Shown: positions 21,495 through 32,217, counted from the first letter of the stretch. The stretch is 64,000 nucleotides of DNA from an uncultured Desulfosarcina sp. (GCA_963674945.2 CAXXWQ010000003.1:2528001-2592000); one strand, 5' to 3'. Numbers and translations: made by a program. Notes: a model not told the origin generated them from the sequence alone.

Positions 21495-22667
21495 CTATTT
21501 CGGGCAGACCGATTTATAAAACGCGAATTTGCCCTCTTCGTTGATCTTGACCACGACGGCACATTTTTTCGGATCCCCTTCGGGGGTGAAGGTCATCCCG
21601 CCGGTGATGCCGGGATAGTTTTTCACAGCGGCCAGGGCATCTTTCACCTTGGTACGATCGGCCTTGATGTCTCCGGAAAGGCCACCGGTATTCTTGATGG
21701 CCTGGATCATCAGGCCCAGGGCGTCCCAGGTCAGTGCAGCCACGTCGTCCGGGGTTTTTCCATACTCGGCGGTGTAGGCATCGATAAAGGCCTTGGTTTC
21801 CCCCTTGGCACCGGCCGCGGCATAGTGGGTGGAGAAGTAATAGCCCTTGCAGTCGTCGCCGCACAGTCCCATCAGATCGCCACTGCCCCAGCTGTCGGAA
21901 CCGAGAATGGGTTTGTTCCATCCCATCTCCTTGGCGGCACGAACGATCAGGGGCACTTCGCTGTAGTACTGGGGCGTAAACAAAATGTCGGCACCGCTCA
22001 TCATGATGTTGGTCATCTGGGCCGAAAAGTCCTTGTCACCGGTAGTAAAGGTCTCGAAAGCCACGACGGAGCCGGGACCATGAATCTTCTCGAAGGCCTC
22101 TTTGAAAAATTCGGCAAGCCCCTTGGGATAGTCCGCTGCGATGTCGTATAGCACGGCGGCCTTTTTCGCCCCCAGTTCGTCCGTTGCGAAATTGGCGACC
22201 ACCGGTCCCTGGAAGGGATCCAAAAAGCACCCGCGGAACACATAGGGACGATCCAGGGTCGTGTTCGGGTTGGTGGACCAGGGACTGATCATGGGGGTGG
22301 CGAAATTGTTGGCCACCTCACCGGCCGGAACGGCCTGGCTTGAGCTTTGGGGGCCGATGATGCCAAGAACATTCTCCTCAGTGATCAGCTTGGTGCTCAC
22401 CTTCACGGCGGATTCAGCCTTGTATTCGTTGTCATCATAGATGAACTGCAAAGTGTAGGACTTCCCCCCCACTTTGATCTCAGGGGTTTTTGCATGGAAC
22501 ATTTCGGCGGCATTCTTTGACGATGCGCCCACATCCGGGTTGTCCCCGGTCAAAGGAATGTTAAAACCGATCTTGATAGTCTCTTTCGCATCCGCATTGG
22601 CCGCCGGAAACGCGAAAACCAGAACAGCGATGAACAGTACTAAGAAAGATAAAAAACCGTTTCGCAT
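21495..22667 (-). CDS. livK: Branched-chain amino acid ABC substrate-binding protein
   Basis: Signal peptide ending ANA-DA, IKIGFNIPLTG and DFSAQMT. AAGGAGG SD before the ATG at 22667. Confidence 0.88.
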   Translation of the reverse strand: MRNGFLSFLVLFIAVLVFAFPAANADAKETIKIGFNIPLTGDNPDVGASSKNAAEMFHAKTPEIKVGGKSYTLQFIYDDNEYKAESAVKVSTKLITEENVLGIIGPQSSSQAVPAGEVANNFATPMISPWSTNPNTTLDRPYVFRGCFLDPFQGPVVANFATDELGAKKAAVLYDIAADYPKGLAEFFKEAFEKIHGPGSVVAFETFTTGDKDFSAQMTNIMMSGADILFTPQYYSEVPLIVRAAKEMGWNKPILGSDSWGSGDLMGLCGDDCKGYYFSTHYAAAGAKGETKAFIDAYTAEYGKTPDDVAALTWDALGLMIQAIKNTGGLSGDIKADRTKVKDALAAVKNYPGITGGMTFTPEGDPKKCAVVVKINEEGKFAFYKSVCPK

Positions 22668-22807
22668 GTGATTCCTCCTTGATTCTGCCGTTTGGGTGGG
22701 TAGGTGGGTGAAAATTGGTTCGGGGTTGACAATCATCTTTTTTATCACGGGAATAGTGGTTTTTCAACGCCATTTTCCGGTGTATTTACGATCGCCGTTT
22801 GGTTTTT

Positions 22808-23017
22808 TCACTTCCGGAAGATATCTGCGGCCATCTCCTTTAAAATGGAAAGAACGTTTCCGCCACGTTCACGGGCGATGCGATGGGCGTCGTCCACCAG
22901 TTTTTCTGCTTGTCTTTGCAAAAAAGCCTGATTCGGTCGTTCCGATTCGTTCTTTTCATACTGCCATGAAAGCAGACGAACGGCGGCCTTTATCTGCTGA
23001 TTTCTAAAAAACCCCAT
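22808..23017 (-). CDS. Small hypothetical protein (69 aa, helical)
   Basis: Fills the gap co-oriented with holA and livK; purine-rich SD. Confidence 0.6.
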   Translation of the reverse strand: MGFFRNQQIKAAVRLLSWQYEKNESERPNQAFLQRQAEKLVDDAHRIARERGGNVLSILKEMAADIFRK

Positions 23018-23111
23018 GAACGCTATTCTTCCCTCTTCAATGCTTCCTCTTCTTCCGACTTCATGGTGATTTCAACGTCGGCCCTGTTACCCGTCTTCTT
23101 TCGCCCTTTTA

Positions 23112-24587
23112 CTACCTTGTCGGCGGAAACGCTGAACCCATGGGGGCTGCCGATTGCCGGCAAAAACCCAACAGGAAGTTTTCCAGCAACATCAGTGGGT
23201 CCTGTCCGGTGGATTTCATCCGGCGGTCGATTTCACCGAGATGTACCATGGCTGAAATCAACGTTTCCCGGGAGAAGTAATCGGCTTTTTTCAACGCCTG
23301 GAAGACCGGAAACGGGCTCTTTGGATTTCTTGCCAGAACCAGGTCGCTGGCGGGCTTCTTTTTTCTTGCCGTCCCGTTGCCAACCGGTTGCAGCAACCCC
23401 TCCCACGATTCGAGCAGGTTCCCAAACAGGCCATCGTCTTTTTGTATTTTTGGGAAAATTCCGGTTTTGAACTGGGGAAAAGAGATCTGCGGGGACCAAT
23501 GGAGATCCGGGTTTCGAAGTAAAAAATCCTTGGCAACAATCAGCCTTCGGATCTGATTGGCCACTGCCGACAAAAGCTGGAGGGGGTGCATTCCGTCACC
23601 TGTCAGGCTCTTCAGAAAAAAGAGGCAGGCCGACAGGTCCCGATCCCCGACGGCGTTGGTAAATTCGAAGATGGGGTCCTTTCTTGTCCTGCTCAGCAAA
23701 AAAGTGACGTCGTCGTCGGAAATGGTCTTTCGGTCTCCGACATACTGGATCAGCTTGTCCATATTACCGGAAAGGGTTCGCAGATCGAAGCCGGTCCAGG
23801 ACATGATCCGACGACGGGCATCGGCGGACAGACGCTTGTCGGCCTTTTTCAATGCACCGTCGATGGTCGCATTCATGACCGCATCCCGGGCCATTCGGTC
23901 AGACCGCGTCTCGCCCGCGGGAACGCTGCAGTCCACCACCACACCCGTCTGGCCGATGGCCTTGAACAGGGCCTTTCGTCGATCCACGATATCGGTGACG
24001 ATCAGCAGGCGATGTCCTTGGGGAAAACCCTTTTCCATGGCGCTTGTTACCAGGCTTGCATCGTCCCCCCCCACCGGAACCGTCAGCCTGTTTTCCCGGC
24101 AGTAGTCCAACAGTTCGGAAAACCAGCTTGGCGGCTCTTCCTCCACATCCTCGACCACCTTGCCGCGTCCCGCCGGGCTATCCATGTCTTCCAGGCGCAG
24201 ACCGCAAATGGCCAGTAGACTCAAGAACGGACGGGCCGCCTTTTTCATCTCACCACCAGAGGCCGCCTTCTCCATTTTTTCACGCAAGCCCTGCTGGGCC
24301 CGGCTGGAATAGAAAATTCGGGCGTCTTGTAGTACCACCAGTTTTTTGGGGGACAAAAGGGCATAAGTGGCGAGACTCGCCAGTGCATCGGCGATGTTGT
24401 CCTGACTTCCGTCGAAGGTTTCGACGCCGACGGATCGGTCCGCCTCATCCACCAGGAGATGAATCGCCTGATCCCTGGCTGTTTTGCACAGCATCTCTTC
24501 TCCGAAAATCAGCGTGACGGCAGGCCAGGTGTCGACTTTGGCGCCTTTCAGAAAATCGGGCAGGTTATCGTAGGTAACGGTGGGCAT
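23112..24587 (-). CDS. holA: DNA polymerase III subunit delta (long form)
   Basis: LIFGEE at the N-terminus, NMDKLIQYVG, IFEFTNAV and EIDRRMKST; follows ileS-lspA. Confidence 0.82.
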   Translation of the reverse strand: MPTVTYDNLPDFLKGAKVDTWPAVTLIFGEEMLCKTARDQAIHLLVDEADRSVGVETFDGSQDNIADALASLATYALLSPKKLVVLQDARIFYSSRAQQGLREKMEKAASGGEMKKAARPFLSLLAICGLRLEDMDSPAGRGKVVEDVEEEPPSWFSELLDYCRENRLTVPVGGDDASLVTSAMEKGFPQGHRLLIVTDIVDRRKALFKAIGQTGVVVDCSVPAGETRSDRMARDAVMNATIDGALKKADKRLSADARRRIMSWTGFDLRTLSGNMDKLIQYVGDRKTISDDDVTFLLSRTRKDPIFEFTNAVGDRDLSACLFFLKSLTGDGMHPLQLLSAVANQIRRLIVAKDFLLRNPDLHWSPQISFPQFKTGIFPKIQKDDGLFGNLLESWEGLLQPVGNGTARKKKPASDLVLARNPKSPFPVFQALKKADYFSRETLISAMVHLGEIDRRMKSTGQDPLMLLENFLLGFCRQSAAPMGSAFPPTR

Positions 24588-24590
24588 TCG

Positions 24591-24727
24591 GGTTCTCTGT
24601 TTTCAGTTCACGGTTCTCAGTTCTCAGTTCATGGAACCGCCTACGGATCGCACAGGTCTTTCGTTAAGCTTCCACCAAGACAAAAACGACCCGGAATCAC
24701 GAACCGCGAACCGTGAACTGTGAACCG
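24591..24727. repeat. Inverted heptamer-repeat element (RGTTCWC / YGAACYG type)
   Basis: Six GTTCTC-like heptamers and five inverse GAACCG-like heptamers around a unique core of about 60 bp. Confidence 0.75.
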
Positions 24728-24735
24728 TTTGTTCG

Positions 24736-25293
24736 TTATTCCGGCATTTTCCCCAAGACCAGGTGGGCGATAAAAATCGCAATCCCGATGGTAATGGCAC
24801 TGTCGGCTGCGTTGAAGGACGGCCAATGGTAACTGCCCAGGTACAAGTCGAGAAAATCCACCACCTCCCCGAAACGGAGCCGGTCGATGAGGTTTCCCAC
24901 CGCACCGCCGAAGATCATGGCCATGGCCGCCGCCAGGCTCCGATGAGTCCTTGGTGTGATACGATAAAAATAGACGATCAAACCCAAGGCGACGACAGAT
25001 ACCCCGATGAACAAAAGGTTCCGGATCCCCTGGCTTCCGGTGGCCATAAATCCGAAGGCACCGCCGGGATTGCGGATGTGCGTGATGTTGAAAAATCCCG
25101 GAATAACGGACATGACATCGTACAGGGGCATCCGGGTCAAGATAAGGTGTTTGGTGATTTGATCGATCACCACCACCGACACGGCGATGAGCACAAAAGC
25201 TTTTGCACCCATGGAAGCCGGCAACGACGCGCCGGCCTGCATTTCTCCGCTTTTTGGGGATTGGCTCCCGGTTTCCGTGGTTTCAGACGTCAT
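24736..25293 (-). CDS. lspA: Lipoprotein signal peptidase II
   Basis: DQITK, NPGGAFG, GAVGNLIDR, VVDF and FNAADSAI motifs. Confidence 0.95.
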   Translation of the reverse strand: MTSETTETGSQSPKSGEMQAGASLPASMGAKAFVLIAVSVVVIDQITKHLILTRMPLYDVMSVIPGFFNITHIRNPGGAFGFMATGSQGIRNLLFIGVSVVALGLIVYFYRITPRTHRSLAAAMAMIFGGAVGNLIDRLRFGEVVDFLDLYLGSYHWPSFNAADSAITIGIAIFIAHLVLGKMPE

Positions 25294-25300
25294 GATCCTC

Positions 25301-28126
25301 CTATTGGTCGGGGGTTTGCGCTGCGGGACCGACATTCATCTCCACAAGGGACTGGCCGCATCTTTCGCAAATGGTTGGGTGATCCGCATCCTTGCCGACG
25401 CTGTCGTCATAGACCCAGCAGCGTTGGCATTTCTCACCGCCGGCAGGGGCCACGGCCACCCAGACCCCTTCCATCTCCCGGCTGGTATAGGCACCGTCGA
25501 TTTCACCCTTTACCATCTTCGCCTCGGAGACGATGAGAATGGATCGAAGATCTTCGGCAAAATCCGCCAGGACGGCATAAAGATCGTTCCCGAGACCCAA
25601 AGTGACCGCCGAATCGAGGCTGTGGCCGATCACCTTGTCGACGCGGGCCTGCTCCAGCGCTTTGGTCACTTCGGCCCGCACATCGATGAGGGTCTCCCAT
25701 TTCTTGGCCAGCGCCACATCCTGCAGTTTGTCATCCGCCTGTGGAAACAAGACGAGGTGGATACTCTCGGCCTTGTCGGCATAGGATGGCATGTGTTTCC
25801 AGATCTCCTCTGCGGTAAAGGGCATGATGGGGGCCATGATCCGTACGATGGCGTCCAGGATGGTATACATGGCCGTCTGGGCACTTCGGCGTTTTCGGGA
25901 GGCCGGCGGACTGGTATAGAGACGGTCCTTTAAAATATCGAGATAGAACGAACTCAGGTCCACGGTGCAGTAGTTATACAGCCGATGGTAGATCACATGG
26001 AACTCGTAGGTATCGTATGCCTCCAGCGCCCTTTTGATCAGGTCCTGGAGCTTGTGCAGGGCGAATCGATCGATCTCCAGCAGTTCATCGTAGGGCAGCG
26101 CATCGGTCAGCGGAGAAAAATCGGAAAGGTTGCCAAGCAGAAACCGGCTGGTATTGCGAATCCGGCGATAGGCGTCGGAAAGCTGTTTTAGGATACCGTC
26201 GGAAATTCTCACATCGTCCCGATAGTCCGAGGCCGATACCCACATACGCAGGATCTCCGCCCCGTATTTGTTGATCACTTCCTTGGGTGCCACCACATTG
26301 CCCAGTGACTTGGACATTTTCTTGCCCTTGGCATCCACCACGAAGCCGTGGGTCAGTACGCTCTGGTAGGGGGCCGCCCCCCGTGTTCCCACCGCGGTCA
26401 ACAGGGCACTGTGAAACCATCCCCGGTGCTGGTCCGACCCTTCCAGGTAAAGATCCGCAGGCCACTTCAGATAGTCCCGATCTTCCAGAACCGCGGCATG
26501 GCTTACGCCGGAATCGAACCAGACATCGAGAATGTCGGTCTCCTTGACAAAGCCGTCGTGGCCGCAGCTTTCACAGACCGAGCCCGGGGGAAGCAGGTCT
26601 GCGGTATCCTTTTCGAACCAGACGTCGGCGCCGTGTGCTTCGAACTGCTTGAAAATGTGATCCATGACCGCCTCGTTCATGTGGACCGCATCACATTTTT
26701 CGCAGATGAAAACCGTGATGGGAACGCCCCAGGCCCGTTGTCTGGATACGCACCAGTCCGGACGGTTTTCGATCATTCCGTAGATGCGCTCCCGGCCCCA
26801 GTGGGGAATCCACGTAACCCTTTCGATCTCTTCGAGGGATTTCTTTCGCAGACCAGTCTTCTCCATGGATATGAACCATTGGGGCGTGGCCCGGAAGATG
26901 ACCGGACGTTTGCAGCGCCAGCAGTGGGGATAGCTGTGGGCGATGTCTGTCCTGGCCAGCAGCACCCCTTTTTCCTCTAAAGTCTGGTTGATGGCGTCGT
27001 TTGCCTTGAACACGAACTGTCCGGCAAACGGGCCGACTTCGTCTGTGAAGACGCCGTTGTCGTCCACCGGTGAATAGGCGTCCAAACCGTACGCCAGCGC
27101 CACGTCGTAGTCCTCCCGGCCATGCCCTGGTGCGGTATGCACACAACCGGTTCCGGCTTCCAGGGTGACGTGATCGCCCAGGATAATCAGGGAATCCCGG
27201 TCGTAGAAAGGATGACGACAACGTTTGTTCTCCAGTTCCCGGGCCGACAGGTCGGCGATGATCGCAAAATCGTCGATACCGAAGATCTTCATGCAGTCGT
27301 CCACCAGTTCCCGGGCCATGACGAGCACCTCGTTACTGCCGGTCTCAACCGCAACGTATTCGAAATCCGGATGAAGGGCCACGGCCAGGTTTGCCGGAAG
27401 GGTCCAGGGAGTGGTGGTCCAGATCACCACGAAGACCTCTTTTCCGGCCAATTCGGAAGAGATCGCCGCCGGGTCGTCTTTTAACGGAAACTTGACGAAG
27501 ACCGATGGCGATGTCTCGTCCTTGTATTCAATCTCCGCCTCGGCCAGGGCCGTCTTACAGCTGCAGCACCAGTGAATGGGTTTCTTGCTGCGAAACAGGC
27601 TGCCGTTCATGGCGAATTTGCAGAGCTCCTTGGCGATGATCGCCTCGTAGCGGTAGTTCATGGTCAGATAGGGGTTGTCCCACTCGCCCATGACACCCAG
27701 TCGCTTGAACTCGTCCCGCTGGATATCGATGAATTTCTCGGCATAGGCGCGACAGCGACGCCGGACCTGGGCTTGGGTCATCGTAAGTTTCTTTTTTCCC
27801 AGTTCCTTGTCCACATTGTGCTCGATGGGAAGGCCGTGGCAATCCCACCCGGGCACGTACACGGCGTCGAAACCGGACATCTGGCGGCTGCGAACGATGA
27901 TGTCCTTTAAGATTTTGTTCAGAGCCGTTCCGATATGGATATGACCGTTGGCATAGGGCGGGCCGTCGTGCAGGATATACGTGGGCTTCCCTTTGGATGC
28001 CTCCCGGATGCGACCGTACAACCCCTCGTCGTACCAGGCTTCCAGTTGGTTGGGTTCACGACCGGCAAGATTCGCTTTCATGGGGAAACCGGTCTTGGGA
28101 AGGTTCAGGGTCTTTTTATAATCCAT
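25301..28126 (-). CDS. ileS: Isoleucine--tRNA ligase
   Basis: [27 protein letters not shown] and a C-terminal Zn finger. Confidence 0.98.
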   Translation of the reverse strand: MDYKKTLNLPKTGFPMKANLAGREPNQLEAWYDEGLYGRIREASKGKPTYILHDGPPYANGHIHIGTALNKILKDIIVRSRQMSGFDAVYVPGWDCHGLPIEHNVDKELGKKKLTMTQAQVRRRCRAYAEKFIDIQRDEFKRLGVMGEWDNPYLTMNYRYEAIIAKELCKFAMNGSLFRSKKPIHWCCSCKTALAEAEIEYKDETSPSVFVKFPLKDDPAAISSELAGKEVFVVIWTTTPWTLPANLAVALHPDFEYVAVETGSNEVLVMARELVDDCMKIFGIDDFAIIADLSARELENKRCRHPFYDRDSLIILGDHVTLEAGTGCVHTAPGHGREDYDVALAYGLDAYSPVDDNGVFTDEVGPFAGQFVFKANDAINQTLEEKGVLLARTDIAHSYPHCWRCKRPVIFRATPQWFISMEKTGLRKKSLEEIERVTWIPHWGRERIYGMIENRPDWCVSRQRAWGVPITVFICEKCDAVHMNEAVMDHIFKQFEAHGADVWFEKDTADLLPPGSVCESCGHDGFVKETDILDVWFDSGVSHAAVLEDRDYLKWPADLYLEGSDQHRGWFHSALLTAVGTRGAAPYQSVLTHGFVVDAKGKKMSKSLGNVVAPKEVINKYGAEILRMWVSASDYRDDVRISDGILKQLSDAYRRIRNTSRFLLGNLSDFSPLTDALPYDELLEIDRFALHKLQDLIKRALEAYDTYEFHVIYHRLYNYCTVDLSSFYLDILKDRLYTSPPASRKRRSAQTAMYTILDAIVRIMAPIMPFTAEEIWKHMPSYADKAESIHLVLFPQADDKLQDVALAKKWETLIDVRAEVTKALEQARVDKVIGHSLDSAVTLGLGNDLYAVLADFAEDLRSILIVSEAKMVKGEIDGAYTSREMEGVWVAVAPAGGEKCQRCWVYDDSVGKDADHPTICERCGQSLVEMNVGPAAQTPDQ

Positions 28127-28163
28127 CGATGCCTCCGTATCGTCATTTCATGGTAAACGAGAA

Positions 28164-28192
28164 TTTTTACGTTGAACGCCCATTTATGTCAA
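28164..28192 (-). promoter_or_regulatory. Putative sigma70 promoter for ileS
   Basis: TTGACA-N17-TAAAAA on the minus strand. Confidence 0.5.
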
Positions 28193-28200
28193 GGTATATA

Positions 28201-28256
28201 GTCGCTTCGCTCCGTCAATTGGATCATATGGATCGAGCAAAAAGGCGAATACCTGA
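28201..28256 (+). repeat. Second copy of the 55-bp core repeat, without heptamer arms
   Basis: GTCGCTTCGCTCCGTC...AGGCGAATACCTGA; 4 substitutions and 1 indel versus 20210-20264. Confidence 0.8.
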
Positions 28257-28414
28257 GTGCGGAGAGCCAGGTTTGTTGACCGTACAAAGCGGCTAACGGG
28301 TTGGACCCGGCCTGTGAGTATGGTATCTATAGCAGAAAAAAGCGGAATGACTCAACATTATCGTTATTGGTTTTTCGCTTAAAACGTAACACTTTGTATT
28401 TATATGGAAACGTC

Positions 28415-29044
28415 TTGAACTGGCATCACTACCCCATCGGCGACGGCTGTCTCTGCTGGCAGTTGGGAGACGAAATCTCGCTGGATGTCTCCAACCGTGC
28501 GATCTGCCTGTACCGCATGGCGAAATCCAAGTTGGTCGGCTGTGATCCCCATATCTTCGATGTGGTGCCATCGTATAATTCGGTGGCCATCCATTTCGAT
28601 TCGGCTCTCGTGGACCCGGAATCCATCACCGGGCATATGGAAGATCTGATTCGAGCCCTACCGGGGAAGGTCACCACCGGAAAGGGCAGGCAGCACACAT
28701 TGCCCGTAGCATACACCGGTCCGGACCTGCACCTGGTAGCCTTTTACTGCGGTCTGAAAGAAGCGGAAGTGGTGCGTATCCACACATCGGTGACCTATCA
28801 TGTGGCCATGGTCGGATTCAAACCCCACTTCCCCTATCTGATCGGTCTGGACCCCCTTTTGGCAACTCCGCGCCAGGAGACTCCCAGAACCCGGGTGCCG
28901 GCTGGTGCCGTTGCCATCGGTGGCGCCCAGACCGGTGTCTATCCCTGTGATTCGCCGGGCGGATGGAATATTATCGGTATGACCGATCCGGACCTGCTCA
29001 TCCCGGTGGTACCGGGTGATACGGTCTGTTTTTCACGAGCGTAA
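28415..29044 (+). CDS. pxpB: 5-oxoprolinase subunit B (AHS1 family)
   Basis: DVVPSYNS, GFKPHFPYL, GAVAIGGAQTGVYP and SPGGWNIIG. TTG start is uncertain. Confidence 0.88.
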   Translation: MNWHHYPIGDGCLCWQLGDEISLDVSNRAICLYRMAKSKLVGCDPHIFDVVPSYNSVAIHFDSALVDPESITGHMEDLIRALPGKVTTGKGRQHTLPVAYTGPDLHLVAFYCGLKEAEVVRIHTSVTYHVAMVGFKPHFPYLIGLDPLLATPRQETPRTRVPAGAVAIGGAQTGVYPCDSPGGWNIIGMTDPDLLIPVVPGDTVCFSRA

Positions 29045-29056
29045 GGAACGAAGAAA

Positions 29057-29782
29057 ATGATTCCCGTTAACTGTGACTTGGGCGAACGCGGACCGGAACA
29101 TCCGGTGGACATCCGGTTGATGAAACATATTCAGATCGCCAACATCGCCTGCGGCGGTCACGCGGGCGACGAAGAATCCATTGCGGCCTTCCGAAAACTG
29201 GCCGGGGACAACGGTGTGATGGTATCGGCCCACCTCTCCTACCCTGACCGGAAAAACTTCGGGCGGCGCAGCATCGCCCTGGATGAAGCGGCGTTGCGAA
29301 AAAGCCTGGATGAACAACGGGCCCTGATGCCCGACGTGACGACGGTCAAGTTTCATGGCGCACTTTACAACGACAGCGTGAAAGATCCTGTTCTGGCTGA
29401 ACGATTGGGACAATGGGCAAAAGAGAACAACATCGAGACGATGATCGCGCCGGCTGATGCCGAGATGGCCCGGGTCTGCCGCAAACTCGGGATCCGCCTC
29501 ATGGCCGAGGCCTTTGCCGAGCGGCGCTACACCGTGGATCCGATAAGCGGGCGGCTCGTGCTGACCAGCCGGAAAAAGGCGTATGCCTGCATCCACGACT
29601 GCGCTGCTGCCGTGGCCCAGGCACAGACCATCGCCAACGACAAACGGGTGCAGGCGATCATGGAGGATGAGAACGGCCGTCTCGATTATCGGGCGGTGGC
29701 CATTGATGCGGCCACGATCTGCATTCATTCCGATTCATCCATAGCACTGGAACTGGCGCAGGCACTTGCGGAAAAACAATAA
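29057..29782 (+). CDS. pxpA: 5-oxoprolinase subunit A (LamB/YcsF family)
   Basis: NCDLGE, ANIACGGHAGD, KFHGALYN and TICIHSD motifs. Confidence 0.9.
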   Translation: MIPVNCDLGERGPEHPVDIRLMKHIQIANIACGGHAGDEESIAAFRKLAGDNGVMVSAHLSYPDRKNFGRRSIALDEAALRKSLDEQRALMPDVTTVKFHGALYNDSVKDPVLAERLGQWAKENNIETMIAPADAEMARVCRKLGIRLMAEAFAERRYTVDPISGRLVLTSRKKAYACIHDCAAAVAQAQTIANDKRVQAIMEDENGRLDYRAVAIDAATICIHSDSSIALELAQALAEKQ

Positions 29783-29833
29783 GGCACTTTATGGAGGATA
29801 ATGTTGGGCAAACACATTAAAAGTCGAATTTCG

Positions 29834-30097
29834 GACGGTTTCGAAAAAAGTTCGAGATCAAGGCTTGCGAGCCCCGAGGAATGAATCGTATGGTTGGAAC
29901 CGCCGCAGTGACGAGGGACGAAGCGTAACGCAGATATCGGGCTTCTAAGGAACTCGTTCATTTTCCCAATTAAAAAGGATTTTTTTATAAAAAGCGTTTC
30001 CCTCTTTTCCGTCTATCGGCGGAGAAAATAATAACGAGTTTCTTTCATGCGATTGTTGGGCCATATTTGGCCTGGAAAAGCTTTTTACGAAACCGTC
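29834..30097. repeat. MITE-like insertion with 17-bp terminal inverted repeats, containing a structured repeat (29852-29942)
   Basis: GACGGTTTCGAAAAAAG ... CTTTTTACGAAACCGTC (16/17 match). Internal TCGAGATCAAGGC...AACGCAGATATCGGGC is shared with 57357-57470. Confidence 0.65.
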
Positions 30098-30976
30098 ATG
30101 TTTAAAGCTGTAAGCCAAGGCATATTTCAGATTGTGGGGCCACCGGAATACGGACACCAGGATGTCGGCATCTCCCCTGCCGGCTGCATGGACCGTTTCT
30201 CCTATGAAACGGGAAATCTTCTGCTGGGAAACCCGGAAGACAGCCCGGCCATGGAGATCATCCTCGCCCCGATACTCCAAGCGCAATCGTCCCTCTACTT
30301 CGTTCTAACCGGCGCAGGTCACGAACCGGTAACCCTTGCAACCGGGAACAAAGGGAATACATCCGGTATGACTGTCGAACACGGTCGCGTGACCTTTGCG
30401 CCCGAAGGCAGCCGATTGATTTTCGGCAGCAAATCCTATGGATTCCGCACCTATCTGTGCTGGCGTGAGGCAGACGCGGATGCGGATTTATATTCCAAAG
30501 AGGACATCCGCCGCGGAACCTTCGAAGAGATTGCCCATTGGCCGGATCCCGACGGAATGATACGGGTGCTGAAAGGTCCTGAATACCGGTTCGTACCAAA
30601 CCCGGAAGGATTCACCGGACAGGGTTGGGAGATCGCCGGCGACTCCAATCAGATGGGGCTCAGGCTGATGCATACCCGCACACCCTTGACAATCCATATG
30701 GGAAGTATGATATCGGCGCCGGTCAGCGACGGCACCGTCCAATTGACGCCCAAGGGCCCCATCGTCCTTTTACGGCACCGCCAGACCATCGGCGGCTATC
30801 CACGGATATTCAACGTGATCGGCGCCGATGTGGACCTTCTGGCCCAGTATATGCCCGGACAAATCGTTCGATTCAAAATTGTGGATATGGATACCGCATT
30901 GGCGGCGGCCGGACAAAAACGCAACGACTTGATGTCACTAAAAAGCTTTTCCGAGCCACAGGCGGCCAGACATTAG
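30098..30976 (+). CDS. pxpC: 5-oxoprolinase subunit C (AHS2 family)
   Basis: GFRTYL, SNQMGLRL, GTVQL and QTIGGYPRI motifs. Confidence 0.88.
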   Translation: MFKAVSQGIFQIVGPPEYGHQDVGISPAGCMDRFSYETGNLLLGNPEDSPAMEIILAPILQAQSSLYFVLTGAGHEPVTLATGNKGNTSGMTVEHGRVTFAPEGSRLIFGSKSYGFRTYLCWREADADADLYSKEDIRRGTFEEIAHWPDPDGMIRVLKGPEYRFVPNPEGFTGQGWEIAGDSNQMGLRLMHTRTPLTIHMGSMISAPVSDGTVQLTPKGPIVLLRHRQTIGGYPRIFNVIGADVDLLAQYMPGQIVRFKIVDMDTALAAAGQKRNDLMSLKSFSEPQAARH

Positions 30977-31161
30977 TTCAAAAGAAACTCATTTTTCCTA
31001 TCGTTTATGGATCGCCGAAAATGGGAAAAGCTTTTTTGATAAAAAATTTTTTGATAGTTCTTGACGAACGCGTTTCCAAGTAGTGTTCAACCAGAACTAG
31101 GGAAATTTGGCCATTTCAGTATGAGCACTAAGTAGCGATGAGAAATGAAAGGACACAAATA

Positions 31162-32007
31162 ATGGACACATATTATATCGACGGAGAGTACGTTTTGGAA
31201 GAAGATGCGAAGATCTCCGTAAAAGACATGAGTATTTTACGGGGATACGGGGTTTTCGATTTCCTGCGGACCTATAACCGTCGGCCCTTTTATCTCGACA
31301 CTCACATCGGACGACTGGCCCGTTCGGCCCGCCTCATCAATCTGGCCATGCCTTTGGGAAATGAGCAGATCGAGAAGATCGTCATGGAAACCATGGCGAA
31401 AAACCCCCACCATGACGAAGCCAACATCCGTCTCGTGGTCACCGGCGGCGTCAGCCCCGACTCCATTACGCCGGCGGACAACCCAAAACTGATGGTCATG
31501 GTCACCGGACTGCATGCCTGCCCTGCCGAATGGTACGACGAGGGCGTGGCCATCATCACCACCCATGCCGAAAGATATATGCCCGGCGCCAAGAGCATCA
31601 ACTATATCCCGGCCATATTGGCCTTGAGCCGCGCGAGACAGCAAGACGCCATCGAATCCATTTACGTCGATCACCTCGGACGTCTGCTGGAAGGCACGAC
31701 CACGAACTTCTTCGCCTTTATCGGCGATACGCTGGTGACGCCGTCCGTATCGATCCTGCCAGGCGTTACCCGCCAGGTGATCATCTCCCTGGTCGAAAAG
31801 GAGTTCGATCTTCAGATCCGAGACGTTCACAAGGATGAAATCCGCTTGATGGACGAGGCGTTTCTCACCGCATCCAACAAGGAGGTGGTCCCGGTTGTCA
31901 GGATGGACGACTACCGGTTCGGCGACGGAAACCCGGGCGAGCGCACCCTCCGCATCATGGCGCTCTTTTCGGAATTTACCCGTAAATATGGAGAAGAGAG
32001 GGTGTGA
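31162..32007 (+). CDS. Aminotransferase class IV (branched-chain or D-amino acid transaminase)
   Basis: RGYGVFDFLR, AKSINY (PLP lysine), EGTTTNFF, ILPGVTR and DEAFLTAS. Confidence 0.88.
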   Translation: MDTYYIDGEYVLEEDAKISVKDMSILRGYGVFDFLRTYNRRPFYLDTHIGRLARSARLINLAMPLGNEQIEKIVMETMAKNPHHDEANIRLVVTGGVSPDSITPADNPKLMVMVTGLHACPAEWYDEGVAIITTHAERYMPGAKSINYIPAILALSRARQQDAIESIYVDHLGRLLEGTTTNFFAFIGDTLVTPSVSILPGVTRQVIISLVEKEFDLQIRDVHKDEIRLMDEAFLTASNKEVVPVVRMDDYRFGDGNPGERTLRIMALFSEFTRKYGEERV

Positions 32008-32035
32008 TTGCCGGATTGCATCAAATCTTAGGGAC

Positions 32036-32136
32036 TTGAACGTCGAACTTCCAACATTGAACATTGGATTCTATCTTTTTTGAAAACGATGGAGCGAAGC
32101 GATTGCCTCATGGGACGTTGGACGTTCGACGTTCAA
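32036..32136. repeat. Inverted heptamer-repeat element (TTGAACR type) with core motif
   Basis: TTGAACG TCGAACT TCCAACA TTGAACA ... CGTTGGA CGTTCGA CGTTCAA. Centre GATGGAGCGAAGCGA is the reverse complement of the core start. Confidence 0.72.
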
Positions 32137-32217
32137 AGCGGTTATCCTAGTGGTTTGTCAGATACCAATGGACATCGCCCAACGGTTTGTATATATTCGG
32201 CCCTCATCAGGGGCAAT

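Noticed and set aside
17241..32136. Short repeat arrays as a CRISPR
   Set aside because: Units are 7 bp with no unique spacers, and no cas genes are present.
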